Below, one piece after another: positions 42,192 through 51,853 of a DNA stretch of 64,000 nucleotides. Each line of letters starts with the position of its first letter. The stretch's first letter is position 1. The translations under genes and the position numbers were made by a program. This DNA is from an uncultured delta proteobacterium. GTDB taxonomy: Bacteria; Desulfobacterota; Binatia; UBA9968. The stretch is taken from NCBI GenBank assembly GCA_963847445.1, contig CAWJZV010000009.1, positions 32,001 through 96,000 of the forward strand, read 5' to 3'. The notes below the pieces were generated by a model. It did no database searches. It worked only from the letters and a program-made list of their open reading frames with translations, and was not told where the DNA came from.

Positions 42192-44825
42192 ATGGAACCC
42201 CTCGCCGATACCATACTTGGCGTAACGATCTTCTCCGGCCTCTCGCGCGAGGATGTCGCCAAGATCCTCGGCAAACTGGAGGAGTGCAGTTTTACCGCGG
42301 GCGAGACGATAATTCGCCAGGGCGATCAAGGCGATGCGTTTTATTTGATTCAGACCGGCGCGGTGCAGGTGGTGGTCGACAGCGGCGCCGGCAATTCCGA
42401 GATCATCGCGATTTTAGGGCCCCGGGACTGGGTCGGCGAGATGGCCTTGTTCTCGGGCGAGCCGCGCTCGGCGACCATTGTCGCGGTCAAAGACTCCACC
42501 CTATGGCGCCTGAGCCGGCAAGAGTGGGATGACTTGATTGAGAAACATCCGACCTTGCTGTTGCAATGCTGCGCCACCCTGAGCAAGCGCTTGTCCTTTG
42601 CCGACCGGCAGTACTCCAGCGGGCGCGAAGCGTTTAATTCCTTAGCCGAAGAGTTCTACGCCGGCAGATCGCCGCGCCAGCAACAGTTCCTCCGTCACGC
42701 TGCGCTGTTGAGCGCCATAGAGGGTGCCACCATCGAGCAGCTCTTTCAATCGAAAGCGGCAAGCCGCGTGCATGCCGACTTGAGCAAGAGCCAGTCGCCG
42801 CTGGTGCGCCATCACGGCGACGACCGGGTCACATTTCACAGTTTCTTCAAAGACTTCTTGCACGACAAGCTGCTCGCCATCGACGGCAGTGAAATTAAGC
42901 AGCAACTGCACGGCAACTTCGCCAAACGCTACGCCGCCATCGGCGACTGGCAACAGGCGATTCATCATGCTACCGAGGTGCCGGACTGGCCCGAGGTGAT
43001 CAAGCTCGTCAAAGCCCAGAGTAAAGAAACCCTCACCGCGGCAGCGCAATTCGTTAAAAACACTTTTGAGCGCCTGCCGCGCGAGTATTTCATCGCCGAC
43101 ACCGCCCTGGTCAATTTGAAGAGCGATATCTTGGTCCAGCTGGGCGATTTGCCCGGCGCATTGCGCGCCTATCAGGAAGTCTTGGCGCAACGCGCCGCCG
43201 CCGGCGAGGCGGTCGCCAGCTACCGCCGCATGGCCGAAACCTTGGCGCGGCGCAAAGAGTATGGCCAGGCGATCGGCCAACTGCGCAGCGCTCTGAGCTT
43301 GATCGAGCGCGACATGACGCTACCGGAGCACTACAGCGACATGGCGCCCGAGCTGGTGTCGTTTAACGGCGAGCGCAGCGGCGAGGACACGCCGCGCCGC
43401 TGGCGCTTATCGGCCGCGGCATTAAAGTCGGCGCCCTTGAGCAAATGGTTCGGCGCCTTGTTGGGCCTCGCTGTCGGCGGCTATCTCTGGTTTGCCACAC
43501 CGGACATCGGCTTGGAGCCCTCCGGCACGAAGCTGTTGGGACTCATCTCGCTGACCCTGATCTTTTGGGTCTTTCGCACCTTGCCGGACTACGGCGTCGC
43601 GCTGGTCTTCGCCATGACCGTCATCCTGACCAAACTTGAGTCGGCACCGACGGTGATGGGCGGCTTCGCCAGCACGACTTGGTTCATGACCCTCGGCGTC
43701 TTGGGACTGGGCGCGGCGATCACCGGCTGCGGTCTATTTTACCGGCTATCGCTCCATCTGGTCCGGCTCTTCCCGCTGAGTTTTCACTGGCAGATCATCG
43801 CCACCGGCATCATGGGGGTGGTGGTCATGGCGCTGATCCCGCAGCAGACCGCGCGCACCGTGATCACCAGTCAAATGCTCATCAATCTGTCCGAAAGTCT
43901 CGGCTACAAAACGCCGTCGAAGGCATCCACCGGACTTTTCGTCGCGAGCTTTCTCGGCCTGGGCCAACTGGGATTTTTATTTTTGACCGGCTCCACCACC
44001 AGCTTGATTGCCTGGGGCTTGTTGCCGCCGGATGTGCGCGAGCAATTCACTTGGGGCTATTGGTTTTTGGCCGCGCTGCCGCCAACGTTGGTCGTAATCG
44101 TCATCATCTTGGCGGTGGCGGTTTTTCTTTATCGCCCGGAAACCCATTCGAATATTTCTTATAAGATGGTGCAGACCCAGCTCGATATCTTGGGCCGCAT
44201 GTCGCACAAGGAATGGATCAGTCTCGTCGTGCTGCTGCTCACCGTCGTCGGCTGGTTGACCGCGCCCTACCATGGCATCGACGGCGCTTGGATCGCCATC
44301 ATCGCCTTCTCGGTGCTGGTCAACACCGCGATCCTCGATTGGGGCATGATGCGCAAAGGCATCGACTGGGAATTGCTAATCCACATGGGCGTAACCCTAA
44401 GTCTGCCGACGTTGATGAAACAGGCCAAGATCGACGTCTGGCTGGTCGACGTGATCTCGCCGCTAATTCTGCCGTTCATGGACAGTCCGGTATGGTTTTT
44501 CGTCGTCATCGCGCTGCTGACCTATGTCTTGAAACTGGTCTTTACCAGCTTCTTGGCCGTGGTCACGCTCTGTGTCGCGCTCCTGCCGCTGTCCATCGAT
44601 GTCGGCATGAACCCATGGATCATCGCCATGATGATTCTGATCGCTTCGGAAGTATGGTTTTTCCCCTATCAAGTCGACTGGCATATGCTCGCCCATTCCA
44701 CCACCGACGGCAAAGGTTTTTCCTATCCGCTCATGTGCCGGATCAATCCGGTTTACGCTATCGCCTACATCATCGCGCTGCTGGTGGCGATCCCCTACTG
44801 GCGTTTCTTGGGCTTGATGAATTAA
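42192..44825 (+). CDS. cNMP-binding domain + MalT-like winged-helix/TPR + DASS (SLC13) family membrane transporter fusion
   Basis: GEMALFSGEPRSAT phosphate-binding cassette; FHSFFKDFL...QAIHHA; about 460-aa C-terminal membrane domain with GFASTTW, GLFYRLS, IPQQTAR, FLTGS, IDWELL, IPYWRFLG. Confidence 0.85.
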   Translation: MEPLADTILGVTIFSGLSREDVAKILGKLEECSFTAGETIIRQGDQGDAFYLIQTGAVQVVVDSGAGNSEIIAILGPRDWVGEMALFSGEPRSATIVAVKDSTLWRLSRQEWDDLIEKHPTLLLQCCATLSKRLSFADRQYSSGREAFNSLAEEFYAGRSPRQQQFLRHAALLSAIEGATIEQLFQSKAASRVHADLSKSQSPLVRHHGDDRVTFHSFFKDFLHDKLLAIDGSEIKQQLHGNFAKRYAAIGDWQQAIHHATEVPDWPEVIKLVKAQSKETLTAAAQFVKNTFERLPREYFIADTALVNLKSDILVQLGDLPGALRAYQEVLAQRAAAGEAVASYRRMAETLARRKEYGQAIGQLRSALSLIERDMTLPEHYSDMAPELVSFNGERSGEDTPRRWRLSAAALKSAPLSKWFGALLGLAVGGYLWFATPDIGLEPSGTKLLGLISLTLIFWVFRTLPDYGVALVFAMTVILTKLESAPTVMGGFASTTWFMTLGVLGLGAAITGCGLFYRLSLHLVRLFPLSFHWQIIATGIMGVVVMALIPQQTARTVITSQMLINLSESLGYKTPSKASTGLFVASFLGLGQLGFLFLTGSTTSLIAWGLLPPDVREQFTWGYWFLAALPPTLVVIVIILAVAVFLYRPETHSNISYKMVQTQLDILGRMSHKEWISLVVLLLTVVGWLTAPYHGIDGAWIAIIAFSVLVNTAILDWGMMRKGIDWELLIHMGVTLSLPTLMKQAKIDVWLVDVISPLILPFMDSPVWFFVVIALLTYVLKLVFTSFLAVVTLCVALLPLSIDVGMNPWIIAMMILIASEVWFFPYQVDWHMLAHSTTDGKGFSYPLMCRINPVYAIAYIIALLVAIPYWRFLGLMN

Positions 44826-44834
44826 CAAGAAGCC

Positions 44835-46179
44835 GTGGCTGGTAAAATTCTCATCGTCGACGACGAACCGTTCAATCTCGACCTGCTCGAACAGGAATTG
44901 GCCGAGTTGGGCTATGCGACGGAACGGGCGAGCAACGGCGCTCAAGCCTTGCAAAAAATCGCTCGGGCCAATCCCGCTCTCGTCCTGCTCGATTATCAGA
45001 TGCCCGACATGAACGGCATCGAAGTGCTGCGCAACGTGCGTCAGACCGACCTGGATCTGCCGATCGTTTTGATCACCGCCCATGGCAGCATCGAGCGCGC
45101 CGTCGAAGCGGTCAAAGCCGGCGCCGACGATTTCATCACCAAGCCGTTTGACCCGGAGCATCTCGCCGTGGTCGTCAAGAAAGCCCTCGAGCGCGCCCAG
45201 CTCAAACAAGATGTTGAGTTCTTCGCCCAGGAGCTCGGCGGCCGCAATCACCTGGTGGCGGGCAACAGCGAGGCCATGCGCGGCATCATCGACGAGGCTA
45301 AGAAAGCCGCGGCGAGTAAATCGACGATACTGCTGCTCGGCGAGAGCGGCACGGGCAAGGAACTGTTCGCCCGCTCGATGCACGACTGGAGCGAGCGCCG
45401 GTTGAAACCGTTTGTCGCCATCAACTGCGCCGGGCTGGCTAAAGAACTCCTCGAAAGCGAACTGTTCGGCCATGAAAAAGGCGCCTTCACCGGCGCCCAT
45501 CAGTTGAAGAAAGGCAAACTGGAGCTCGCCCATGGCGGCACGGTGTTTCTCGACGAGATCGGCGATCTGGCCTTGGAACTGCAAACCAAACTGCTGCGCG
45601 TCTTGCAGGAACGCGAGTTCGAGCGCGTCGGCGGCACGAGCAAGATTACCGCCGACCTGCGCATCATCGCCGCCACCAATCGCGACCTCGAAGCCGCGGT
45701 GGTGTGCCGGCGCTTTTCGCGCCGATCTTTATCATCGGTTGAACGTCATCGCCGTGACGCTGCCGCCGCTGCGCGAGCGCAAAGAAGACATCCCAGCGCT
45801 GGCGAATTATTTCTTGCAACGTTGCGCCGCCGATACCAAGAAGAAATTTTCCACCATCGCCGCTGACGCCACGGATAAACTCCTGGCTTATAGCTGGCCA
45901 GGCAATGTCCGCGAGCTCGCCAACGTCATCGAACGCGCCGTCGTCTTAGGCGACGGACCGCAATTAACATTGCACCACCTCCCCGCCCGCGTCATCGGCG
46001 CGCAACCGCCCGGCGGTGCGAAAGAGGTGTCATTCCACGACGCCATCAACAGCTACCGCCGCGAGCTCATCGTCCGCGCCCTCGCCGCCGCCCAAGGCAA
46101 CCGCGCCAACGCCGCCAAAGCTCTGGGCATGCACCGCACCCATTTGATGAAGCTGTTGAAGGCGCTGCAAATCACTTGA
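44835..46179 (+). CDS. NtrC-family sigma-54-dependent response regulator (frameshift near 45705)
   Basis: REC domain, [29 protein letters not shown], then [17 protein letters not shown] and a Fis-type HTH in the second frame. Confidence 0.92.
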
Positions 46180-46187
46180 AAACAGTC

Positions 46188-46268
46188 AGGAGTAAATAGT
46201 TAGTAGTAAGGAGATTCGGATTCCGGACTCCTCACTACTTACGCCTTACTTCCCTTTACTCCTTACTG
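46188..46268. repeat. inverted heptamer array (GGNGTAA / TTACNCC), empty form
   Basis: aggagtaaatagttagtagtaagg ... tcactacttacgccttacttccctttactccttactg. Confidence 0.75.
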
Positions 46269-46283
46269 CCGTCCGCGGCCAGG

Positions 46284-46322
46284 TGTCGCATTTTTGCTAC
46301 ACCGAGTAGCAAAACGACTACT
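46284..46322. promoter_or_regulatory. tandem enhancer (UAS) palindromes for a sigma-54 activator
   Basis: TGTCGCATTTTTGCTACA and AGTAGCAAAACGACTACT, about 100-135 bp upstream of a -24/-12 site. Confidence 0.65.
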
Positions 46323-46380
46323 CGGCAACGGCTCGCAGAGCTTTCCCAACGCTCGACTCAATTGCAAAATCTCCCAACTC

Positions 46381-46393
46381 TTTCAATAAGTTA
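46381..46393. promoter_or_regulatory. putative IHF site
   Basis: TTTCAATAAGTTA, one mismatch from WATCAANNNNTTR, between the UAS and the promoter. Confidence 0.55.
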
Positions 46394-46419
46394 GATAGAC
46401 TCTACCGATGCCTCAACCC

Positions 46420-46434
46420 TGGTACACCGCTTGC
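46420..46434 (+). promoter_or_regulatory. sigma-54 (-24/-12) promoter
   Basis: TGGTACACCGCTTGC, GG-N10-GC. Confidence 0.75.
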
Positions 46435-46550
46435 GCTAGAGAAGCTCGGAAGTTCTCTGTGCTGTTTGTGTCCGCTGTTCGCCATCGTTCGCCAATATTT
46501 TGGTTGCTCGCCGCGCCGATGCAGCCCTGCCGGAAGGTTGCCGAAAATTT

Positions 46551-47525
46551 ATGATTGCAAAATTGACCGTTGTCATTGCCATTTGGATGGTCCTGCTTGT
46601 TTCGCCCGCCGCCGCTCAGCAGTCCAACAAACATGCACGGATTGGATTCCTGACCGCCGGTGGGTCCACAATCCCGCCGGCGTTCGTGCAAAAGCTCCGC
46701 GATCTTGGTTATGTCGAAGGCAACAACATCGCCTTTGAAATCCAGATGAGGCGCAGCCCGAACAGCGACTGGTCCGAACCCGTAGCTCAACTCATCAAAC
46801 TGAAAGTCGACATCATCGTCGCCGATGGTTCCGGCCCGGCGACCGCCGCCATGAAAGCGACGAAAACGATTCCCATCGTCATGACCAGCAGTACCGACCC
46901 GGTCGGCATCGGCCTGGTCGCCAGCTTGGCTCAGCCCGGCGGCAACGTCACCGGCCTGTCGAGCGTCAGCGGCGAGTTGGGCGGCAAGCTTTTGGATATC
47001 TTGAAAGAAATCATGCCGCGTCTCAGCCGCGTCGTGATCCCCGGACCAGCGCCGGGGAGCCCGACTCAGGATTTGTTCATGAAGGAAACCATGGCGCCAG
47101 CCCGGGCGTTGAAGGTGGAACTCATTCGAGTCGCCGTGCGCGGACCGGAAGATTACGATCAAGTCTTTCAAACCGCGGCCAAAAGAAAAGCCCAGGCGCT
47201 GGTGGTGCGCATCCCGCCGACTATTGCGCCGGCGCAGCGCCAACAGTTCGTCGAACTGGCGATAAAGCATCGCTTGCCCGCGATCTATCAGGCAACCAAC
47301 TGGGTCGATGCCGGCGGCCTGCTCTCCTACGGCGCCGACCGTAACTACCAGTTCCAACGCACGGCCATCTATGTCGATAAAATTTTGAAAGGCGCCAAGC
47401 CGGCGGAGTTGCCGGTCGAGCAACCCATGAAGTTCGAATTTGTGATAAATCTGAAAGCCGCCAAGCAGATCGGCCTGACGATCCCGCCGAATGTGCTGGT
47501 GCGGGCGGATCGGGTGATTCGATAG
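46551..47525 (+). CDS. orphan ABC-type substrate-binding protein (COG2984-like)
   Basis: Signal peptide, LGYVEGNNI, DPVGIGLVASLAQPGGNVTG, PAELPVEQPMKFEFVINLK. Confidence 0.88.
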   Translation: MIAKLTVVIAIWMVLLVSPAAAQQSNKHARIGFLTAGGSTIPPAFVQKLRDLGYVEGNNIAFEIQMRRSPNSDWSEPVAQLIKLKVDIIVADGSGPATAAMKATKTIPIVMTSSTDPVGIGLVASLAQPGGNVTGLSSVSGELGGKLLDILKEIMPRLSRVVIPGPAPGSPTQDLFMKETMAPARALKVELIRVAVRGPEDYDQVFQTAAKRKAQALVVRIPPTIAPAQRQQFVELAIKHRLPAIYQATNWVDAGGLLSYGADRNYQFQRTAIYVDKILKGAKPAELPVEQPMKFEFVINLKAAKQIGLTIPPNVLVRADRVIR

Positions 47526-47570
47526 ACGTAACCAATGAGTCTGGGCCAGGCGATCAGGACTCGTAGATTA

Positions 47571-47957
47571 TCAGAGCGGGTAAATCGGAAACCGCAGCGC
47601 GCGGGCGGCGGCGATCATGCGGTCGTCGTAGCTTGCCAGGGCAACGTTTTGTCCTTGTTTGTGCAGAAAATCGAGCGCCGCCAAGTGGAGAACGTCGAGA
47701 GTTCTGACCGAAATCGGAAACGGCTCCAGGGCGCGGGTCAATACGGGCGGGGCGAGTTCGACCAAGGCGACGCGCCCCAGCAACGAGCGCACTTCGTCAG
47801 CGTGAGATCGCCCGAGTCTACGCGAATTGATACGCGTCCAGATTTCGTATTCAAGGAGCCGACTGGAGATCAAGTGCTCGTTCCAAAGACTTTCCGGCGG
47901 CGAGCGATCTTCGGCGAGGAGATGCGCCAACGCTACCGAGGTATCTAGATAAATCAC
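47571..47957 (-). CDS. vapC: PIN-domain toxin (VapC family)
   Basis: MIYLDTS, LEYE, RTLDVLHLA, SYDDRM. Confidence 0.85.
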   Translation of the reverse strand: MIYLDTSVALAHLLAEDRSPPESLWNEHLISSRLLEYEIWTRINSRRLGRSHADEVRSLLGRVALVELAPPVLTRALEPFPISVRTLDVLHLAALDFLHKQGQNVALASYDDRMIAAARALRFPIYPL

Positions 47958-48244
47958 CGCTCGCTCCGGTCGTCGTCCAGTTCACCTTTGAGCTCGCTGA
48001 AGGGCATCACCGGATTGCGCGGCGGCACACCCTTCGACGACAACGCCGGCGGCATAATCCAACCCTGGCGCACAGCCTCGGCCAACATCGCGTCGGCAAG
48101 CACCGGGCTCCGGCTCGGCTCCGGCGGCACGATCTCGGCAACCACCCGATCGCGATCCGTCACCAGAATCGTTTCGCCGCGCTCGGCCAAGCGCACGTAC
48201 TCGCTGAGCTTGTTCTTCAGAACTTTTAAACCCACAGATCTCAT
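47954..48244 (-). CDS. Phd/YefM family antitoxin
   Basis: MRSVGLKVLKNKLSEYVRLAERGETILVTDRDRVVAEI; 4-bp overlap with the toxin gene. Confidence 0.88.
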   Translation of the reverse strand: MRSVGLKVLKNKLSEYVRLAERGETILVTDRDRVVAEIVPPEPSRSPVLADAMLAEAVRQGWIMPPALSSKGVPPRNPVMPFSELKGELDDDRSER

Positions 48245-48251
48245 GCGAAAT

Positions 48252-48281
48252 AGTGTAGCTTCTGGTAGCTACCTACGTCAA
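48252..48281 (-). promoter_or_regulatory. toxin-antitoxin promoter with operator palindrome; probably leaderless mRNA
   Basis: TTGACG-N18-TACACT, 7 nt before the ATG; inverted repeat GTAGCT-N6-AGCTAC overlaps the spacer. Confidence 0.65.
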
Positions 48282-48492
48282 GACGAGGGATAGAGCCGGA
48301 CCAGATGAGAAATGGCGAGGTTGGATGGCAACGGCGCCGGTATCGAGCAAAAGCTCATCTTCCACGGGTATCGAGATACTGTTCCAACGCTGCGCGCACG
48401 ACTTCCGAGTGCTGGCGCGTCAAACGCCGCGCCGAACGCTCGAGCCGGGTAGCCAATTCAACCGGCAATCGCAGGGTGAGTTGACGTTCCAT
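48275..48492 (-). pseudogene. remnant second toxin-antitoxin pair (truncated ribbon-helix-helix antitoxin + PIN fragment)
   Basis: 48492..48355 MERQLTLRLPVELATRLERSARRLTRQHSEVVRAALEQYL; followed by ELLLDTGA, a PIN N-terminal motif. Confidence 0.6.
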
Positions 48493-48770
48493 ATGATTTC
48501 GTCTCAGTTTGCATAGCCGTGTAGTGCAATTGACCCATTACAGTCCAGTTTCGGTCGCGCCGGTGGATCCGGTCGCAAGCAAAGGTGTTTTAGCTTGCCC
48601 AGGATGCTGCGTAGCAGATCATCGCTTGGGCCGAATTCGAGTCACCAATGGGTTTTCTTCGCGGCCAAGGTCAGGTACTTATGAGACACTTCAAATCCTC
48701 GGGGTGAGCCTTGCTGCACAACCGCCGATCCCATGAACCAAGCCGCTAACTCCGAAAGCGTGAGCCCACG

Positions 48771-51182
48771 ATGAGCTTTAGAGACTTGCCAATCATTCGC
48801 TACTTCGCCGGGCGCGGCCGCGGCCGGCTGATGCGCGATTACTTTTTGATCTCCGTCCTGCTGGTCGGCAGCGGGCTGATCACCAGCGGCGCCATCGAGA
48901 TCTACTATCGCTATCTCGAAAGCCAAGAGACCTTGGCGCTGTTGCAGCGCGAGGTCGCCGCCGGCGCGGCGTTCAAGATCGAGAACTTCGTCCAGGATAT
49001 TCACAGCACGCTGCGCGGCGCGACGCGCAGCCGGGAGATCGCGCCCAAGGGGCTGACCAACGATTTTCGTTTCGAGCTGGAAAAACTGTTGTTGATCGCG
49101 CCGTCGATCACCGAGGCGATCGCGCTCAATCAAGAAGGCGGCATCCAAGTCCAAGCGTCGCGCCTGCGCACGGTGCTGCCCGACGTCAAGCGCGACTTCG
49201 CCACCGGGGCGCCGTTTCTCCACGCCAAGAAGGGGCAATCTTACTTCGGCCCGGCCTACTTCGTGCGCGGCTCCGAACCCTACATGACCATCGCCGTGCC
49301 GATCGAGCGCTTCGCCGGCGACGTCATCGGCGTGCTCCAGGCCGAGGTCAATCTCAAATACATCGGCGACGTGGTGACGAATCTAAAAATCGGCAAGGCC
49401 GGCTACTCCTACGTCATCAGCCGCGGCGGCGAGCTCATCGCCCATCCCGATATCAGTTTGGTCCTGCAGCGGCGCAACGTGTTGAAATTGGAATCGACCA
49501 AAGCCGCCTTCATGCCGGCCGCCGAACGGCCCAAGCGCCAAGCGCTGGTCACCCCCAACGTCCAAGGTAAAAATGTCTTGACCGCATCGGCGCAGGTCAC
49601 CGGGCTCGAATGGGCGGTCATCGTCGACCGCCCGGTGGAAGAAGCCTACGAACCGCTCTACGCGTCGGTCATGCGTACCTCCACGGTGCTGCTGTTCGGA
49701 CTCGGTCTGGCGCTCATGGCGAGTCTATTCATCGGCCGCCGGGTGGTCCGGCCGGTGGGCATCCTGCGCGAGGGCGTCGAGCGCATCGGCGCCGGCGATT
49801 TGGGTCATCGATTAACGCTCAAAACCGGCGACGAGATCGAAGTCCTGGCCGACGAGTTCAATAAAATGACCGCGCAGCTCCAGGAGTCGTACACCAACTT
49901 GGAGCAAAAGGTCGAAGACCGCACCAAGGAATTGACCGAATCGCTGGCGCAGCAAACCGCGACCAGCGAGATCTTGGGCGTCATCGCCAGCTCGCCGAGC
50001 GATTTGCAGCCGGTCTACCAAACCATTCTCGGTAATATCAATCGCTTGTGCGAAGCCAACATCGCGGCGTTGTTTCTCTACGATGGCGAAACTCTCGCCC
50101 TCGCCAACAGCCAGGGCACCACCAGCGAGTTCGCCGACCACCTGCACAGCAGCCGGCCGCGCCCGAGCCACGCCACGACCACGCGACTGGCCGCGCTGGA
50201 GCATCGCGTGGTGCACGTCACCGATCTGCTCAACGATCCCGCCTTCGCGCCCAGCCCCCGCGAAGTTTACGAAAGAGAAAATATCCGCACCGTCATCTCC
50301 ATGCCGCTGATGCGTGAAAACACCCTGGTCGGCGTGATCACGACCTGGCGGCGCGAGGCCCGGCCGTTTACCGACAAGCAGATCGCTCTGCTCAAAACCT
50401 TCGCCGACCAGGCCGTGATCGCGATTGAGAATGTCCGCCTATTCCGCGAGCTGGGCGAGAAGAACGCCCTGCTCGAAGCCGCCAGTAAACATAAATCGCA
50501 GTTCCTCGCCAACGTCAGCCACGAGCTGCGCACGCCTTTGAATTCGATCATTGGTTTCACCCGTATTGTGCTGCGCCGCACCGAGGGCAAGATCGACCAA
50601 TTGCAAAAAGAAAACTTGCAGAAAGTGTTGGTCAGCTCCGAGCATCTGCTTAGTCTGATCAACGAGCTGCTCGATCTCGCCAAGATCGAAGCCGGGCGCA
50701 TGGATGTGTACTCGGAGCCCTTCAAGCTCGAAGAAGTGCTGCGCATCGCCACCGCCACCGTCGAGCCCATGCTCAAAAACGGCAACGTCAAGCTGGTCAC
50801 CGAAATGCCGCCCGACCTGCCGCCGCTCAAATCCGACCGCGACAAGCTGAAGCAGATCGTTTTGAATCTGCTCAGCAACTCGGCCAAGTTCACGGACAAG
50901 GGCGAGATCAAAGTCGCCGCCGTGCGCGACGACGGCATGCTCCGGCTGACGGTCTCCGACACCGGCATCGGCATGAACCCGGAAGCCTTGAAATATATCT
51001 TCGAGGAGTTTCGCCAAGTCGACATGTCGACGACGAGAAAATACGGCGGCACCGGCTTGGGCCTGGCCATCGTCAGACGTCTCGCCCAGCTCCTCGGCGG
51101 CGACATCACCGTCGCCAGCGAAGAAGGCAAAGGCTCGCAGTTCACCGTGACGATCCCGATGGAGCTAAAAATACAATCGTGA
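48771..51182 (+). CDS. sensor histidine kinase (TM-dCache-TM-HAMP-GAF-HisKA-HATPase)
   Basis: ELIAHPD, TGDEIEVLADEFNKM, FADQAVIAIENVRLF, SHELRTPL, NLLSNSAKFT, DTGIG, GGTGLGL. Confidence 0.93.
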   Translation: MSFRDLPIIRYFAGRGRGRLMRDYFLISVLLVGSGLITSGAIEIYYRYLESQETLALLQREVAAGAAFKIENFVQDIHSTLRGATRSREIAPKGLTNDFRFELEKLLLIAPSITEAIALNQEGGIQVQASRLRTVLPDVKRDFATGAPFLHAKKGQSYFGPAYFVRGSEPYMTIAVPIERFAGDVIGVLQAEVNLKYIGDVVTNLKIGKAGYSYVISRGGELIAHPDISLVLQRRNVLKLESTKAAFMPAAERPKRQALVTPNVQGKNVLTASAQVTGLEWAVIVDRPVEEAYEPLYASVMRTSTVLLFGLGLALMASLFIGRRVVRPVGILREGVERIGAGDLGHRLTLKTGDEIEVLADEFNKMTAQLQESYTNLEQKVEDRTKELTESLAQQTATSEILGVIASSPSDLQPVYQTILGNINRLCEANIAALFLYDGETLALANSQGTTSEFADHLHSSRPRPSHATTTRLAALEHRVVHVTDLLNDPAFAPSPREVYERENIRTVISMPLMRENTLVGVITTWRREARPFTDKQIALLKTFADQAVIAIENVRLFRELGEKNALLEAASKHKSQFLANVSHELRTPLNSIIGFTRIVLRRTEGKIDQLQKENLQKVLVSSEHLLSLINELLDLAKIEAGRMDVYSEPFKLEEVLRIATATVEPMLKNGNVKLVTEMPPDLPPLKSDRDKLKQIVLNLLSNSAKFTDKGEIKVAAVRDDGMLRLTVSDTGIGMNPEALKYIFEEFRQVDMSTTRKYGGTGLGLAIVRRLAQLLGGDITVASEEGKGSQFTVTIPMELKIQS

Positions 51183-51188
51183 GGGGTT

Positions 51189-51814
51189 AGGAGTAAATAG
51201 TAAGGCGTGAAGAGGCAGGAGAACGAGACCAGGAGAAACATCGGAACGAGCTGCGGAGGCAAACATGGACAGGCCGGCACAAAGACTTGACATTGCTAGT
51301 GACGAAATATTCGTTGGACGTTAGTCGAATTTCGATTTTGATGTCGATTGAGGGAAACCGAGAAGATGGAGCCAAGGATGAACGAGCAGGAGTTCAAGAA
51401 ACGAACTAAGCAACTCGCGCTTCGCGTCATAGAATTGGTCGACGAGCTACCGACGCGCAGAACCGCTGACGTGCTCGGCAGGCAATTAGTTCGCTCCGGA
51501 GACTTCGGTTGGCGCGAATTATCGCTCAGCGTGCCGCGGCAAATCGCCGCGGACGTACTCGCCAAGCTGGCCATCGTCGAGGAAGAGGCCGACGAGACGA
51601 TCTACTGGCTAGAGTTGCTCGATCGAACGCGAAGATAGTTGCGAAACTCGAGTTACGGCGATTATGAAAGAATCCAACGAGATTGTCGCAATGACGGTAG
51701 CATCGATCAAAACACTGCGAGGACGAAAATGAACATCAGACTTGCGAGAAAATGCCAAGTAGCTTGCATCCGAACAGTCCGACAATCCAAAATCCAAAAT
51801 CTTACTCCTTACTG
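51189..51814. mobile_element. putative repeat-bounded cassette carrying a four-helix-bundle gene
   Basis: Left end AGGAGTAAATAGT and right end TTACTCCTTACTG are identical to the ends of the empty element at 46188-46268; mobility is inferred, not shown. Confidence 0.45.
51378..51732 (+). pseudogene. four-helix-bundle protein (TIGR02436 / 23S IVP / bAvd-like), several frameshifts
   Basis: FKKRTKQLALRVI...LGRQLVRSG/TSVGANYRSACRGKS/KLAIVEEEADETIYWLELL/KESNEIVAMTVASIKTLR. Confidence 0.8.
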
Positions 51815-51853
51815 TTGATGGCTGCTTACGACGCAAATGAAAGGAATAGTCAT

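Noticed and set aside
51378-51732. Diversity-generating retroelement or 23S rRNA intervening sequence
   Set aside because: No reverse transcriptase, TR/VR pair or rRNA gene in the window; only the four-helix gene is present.
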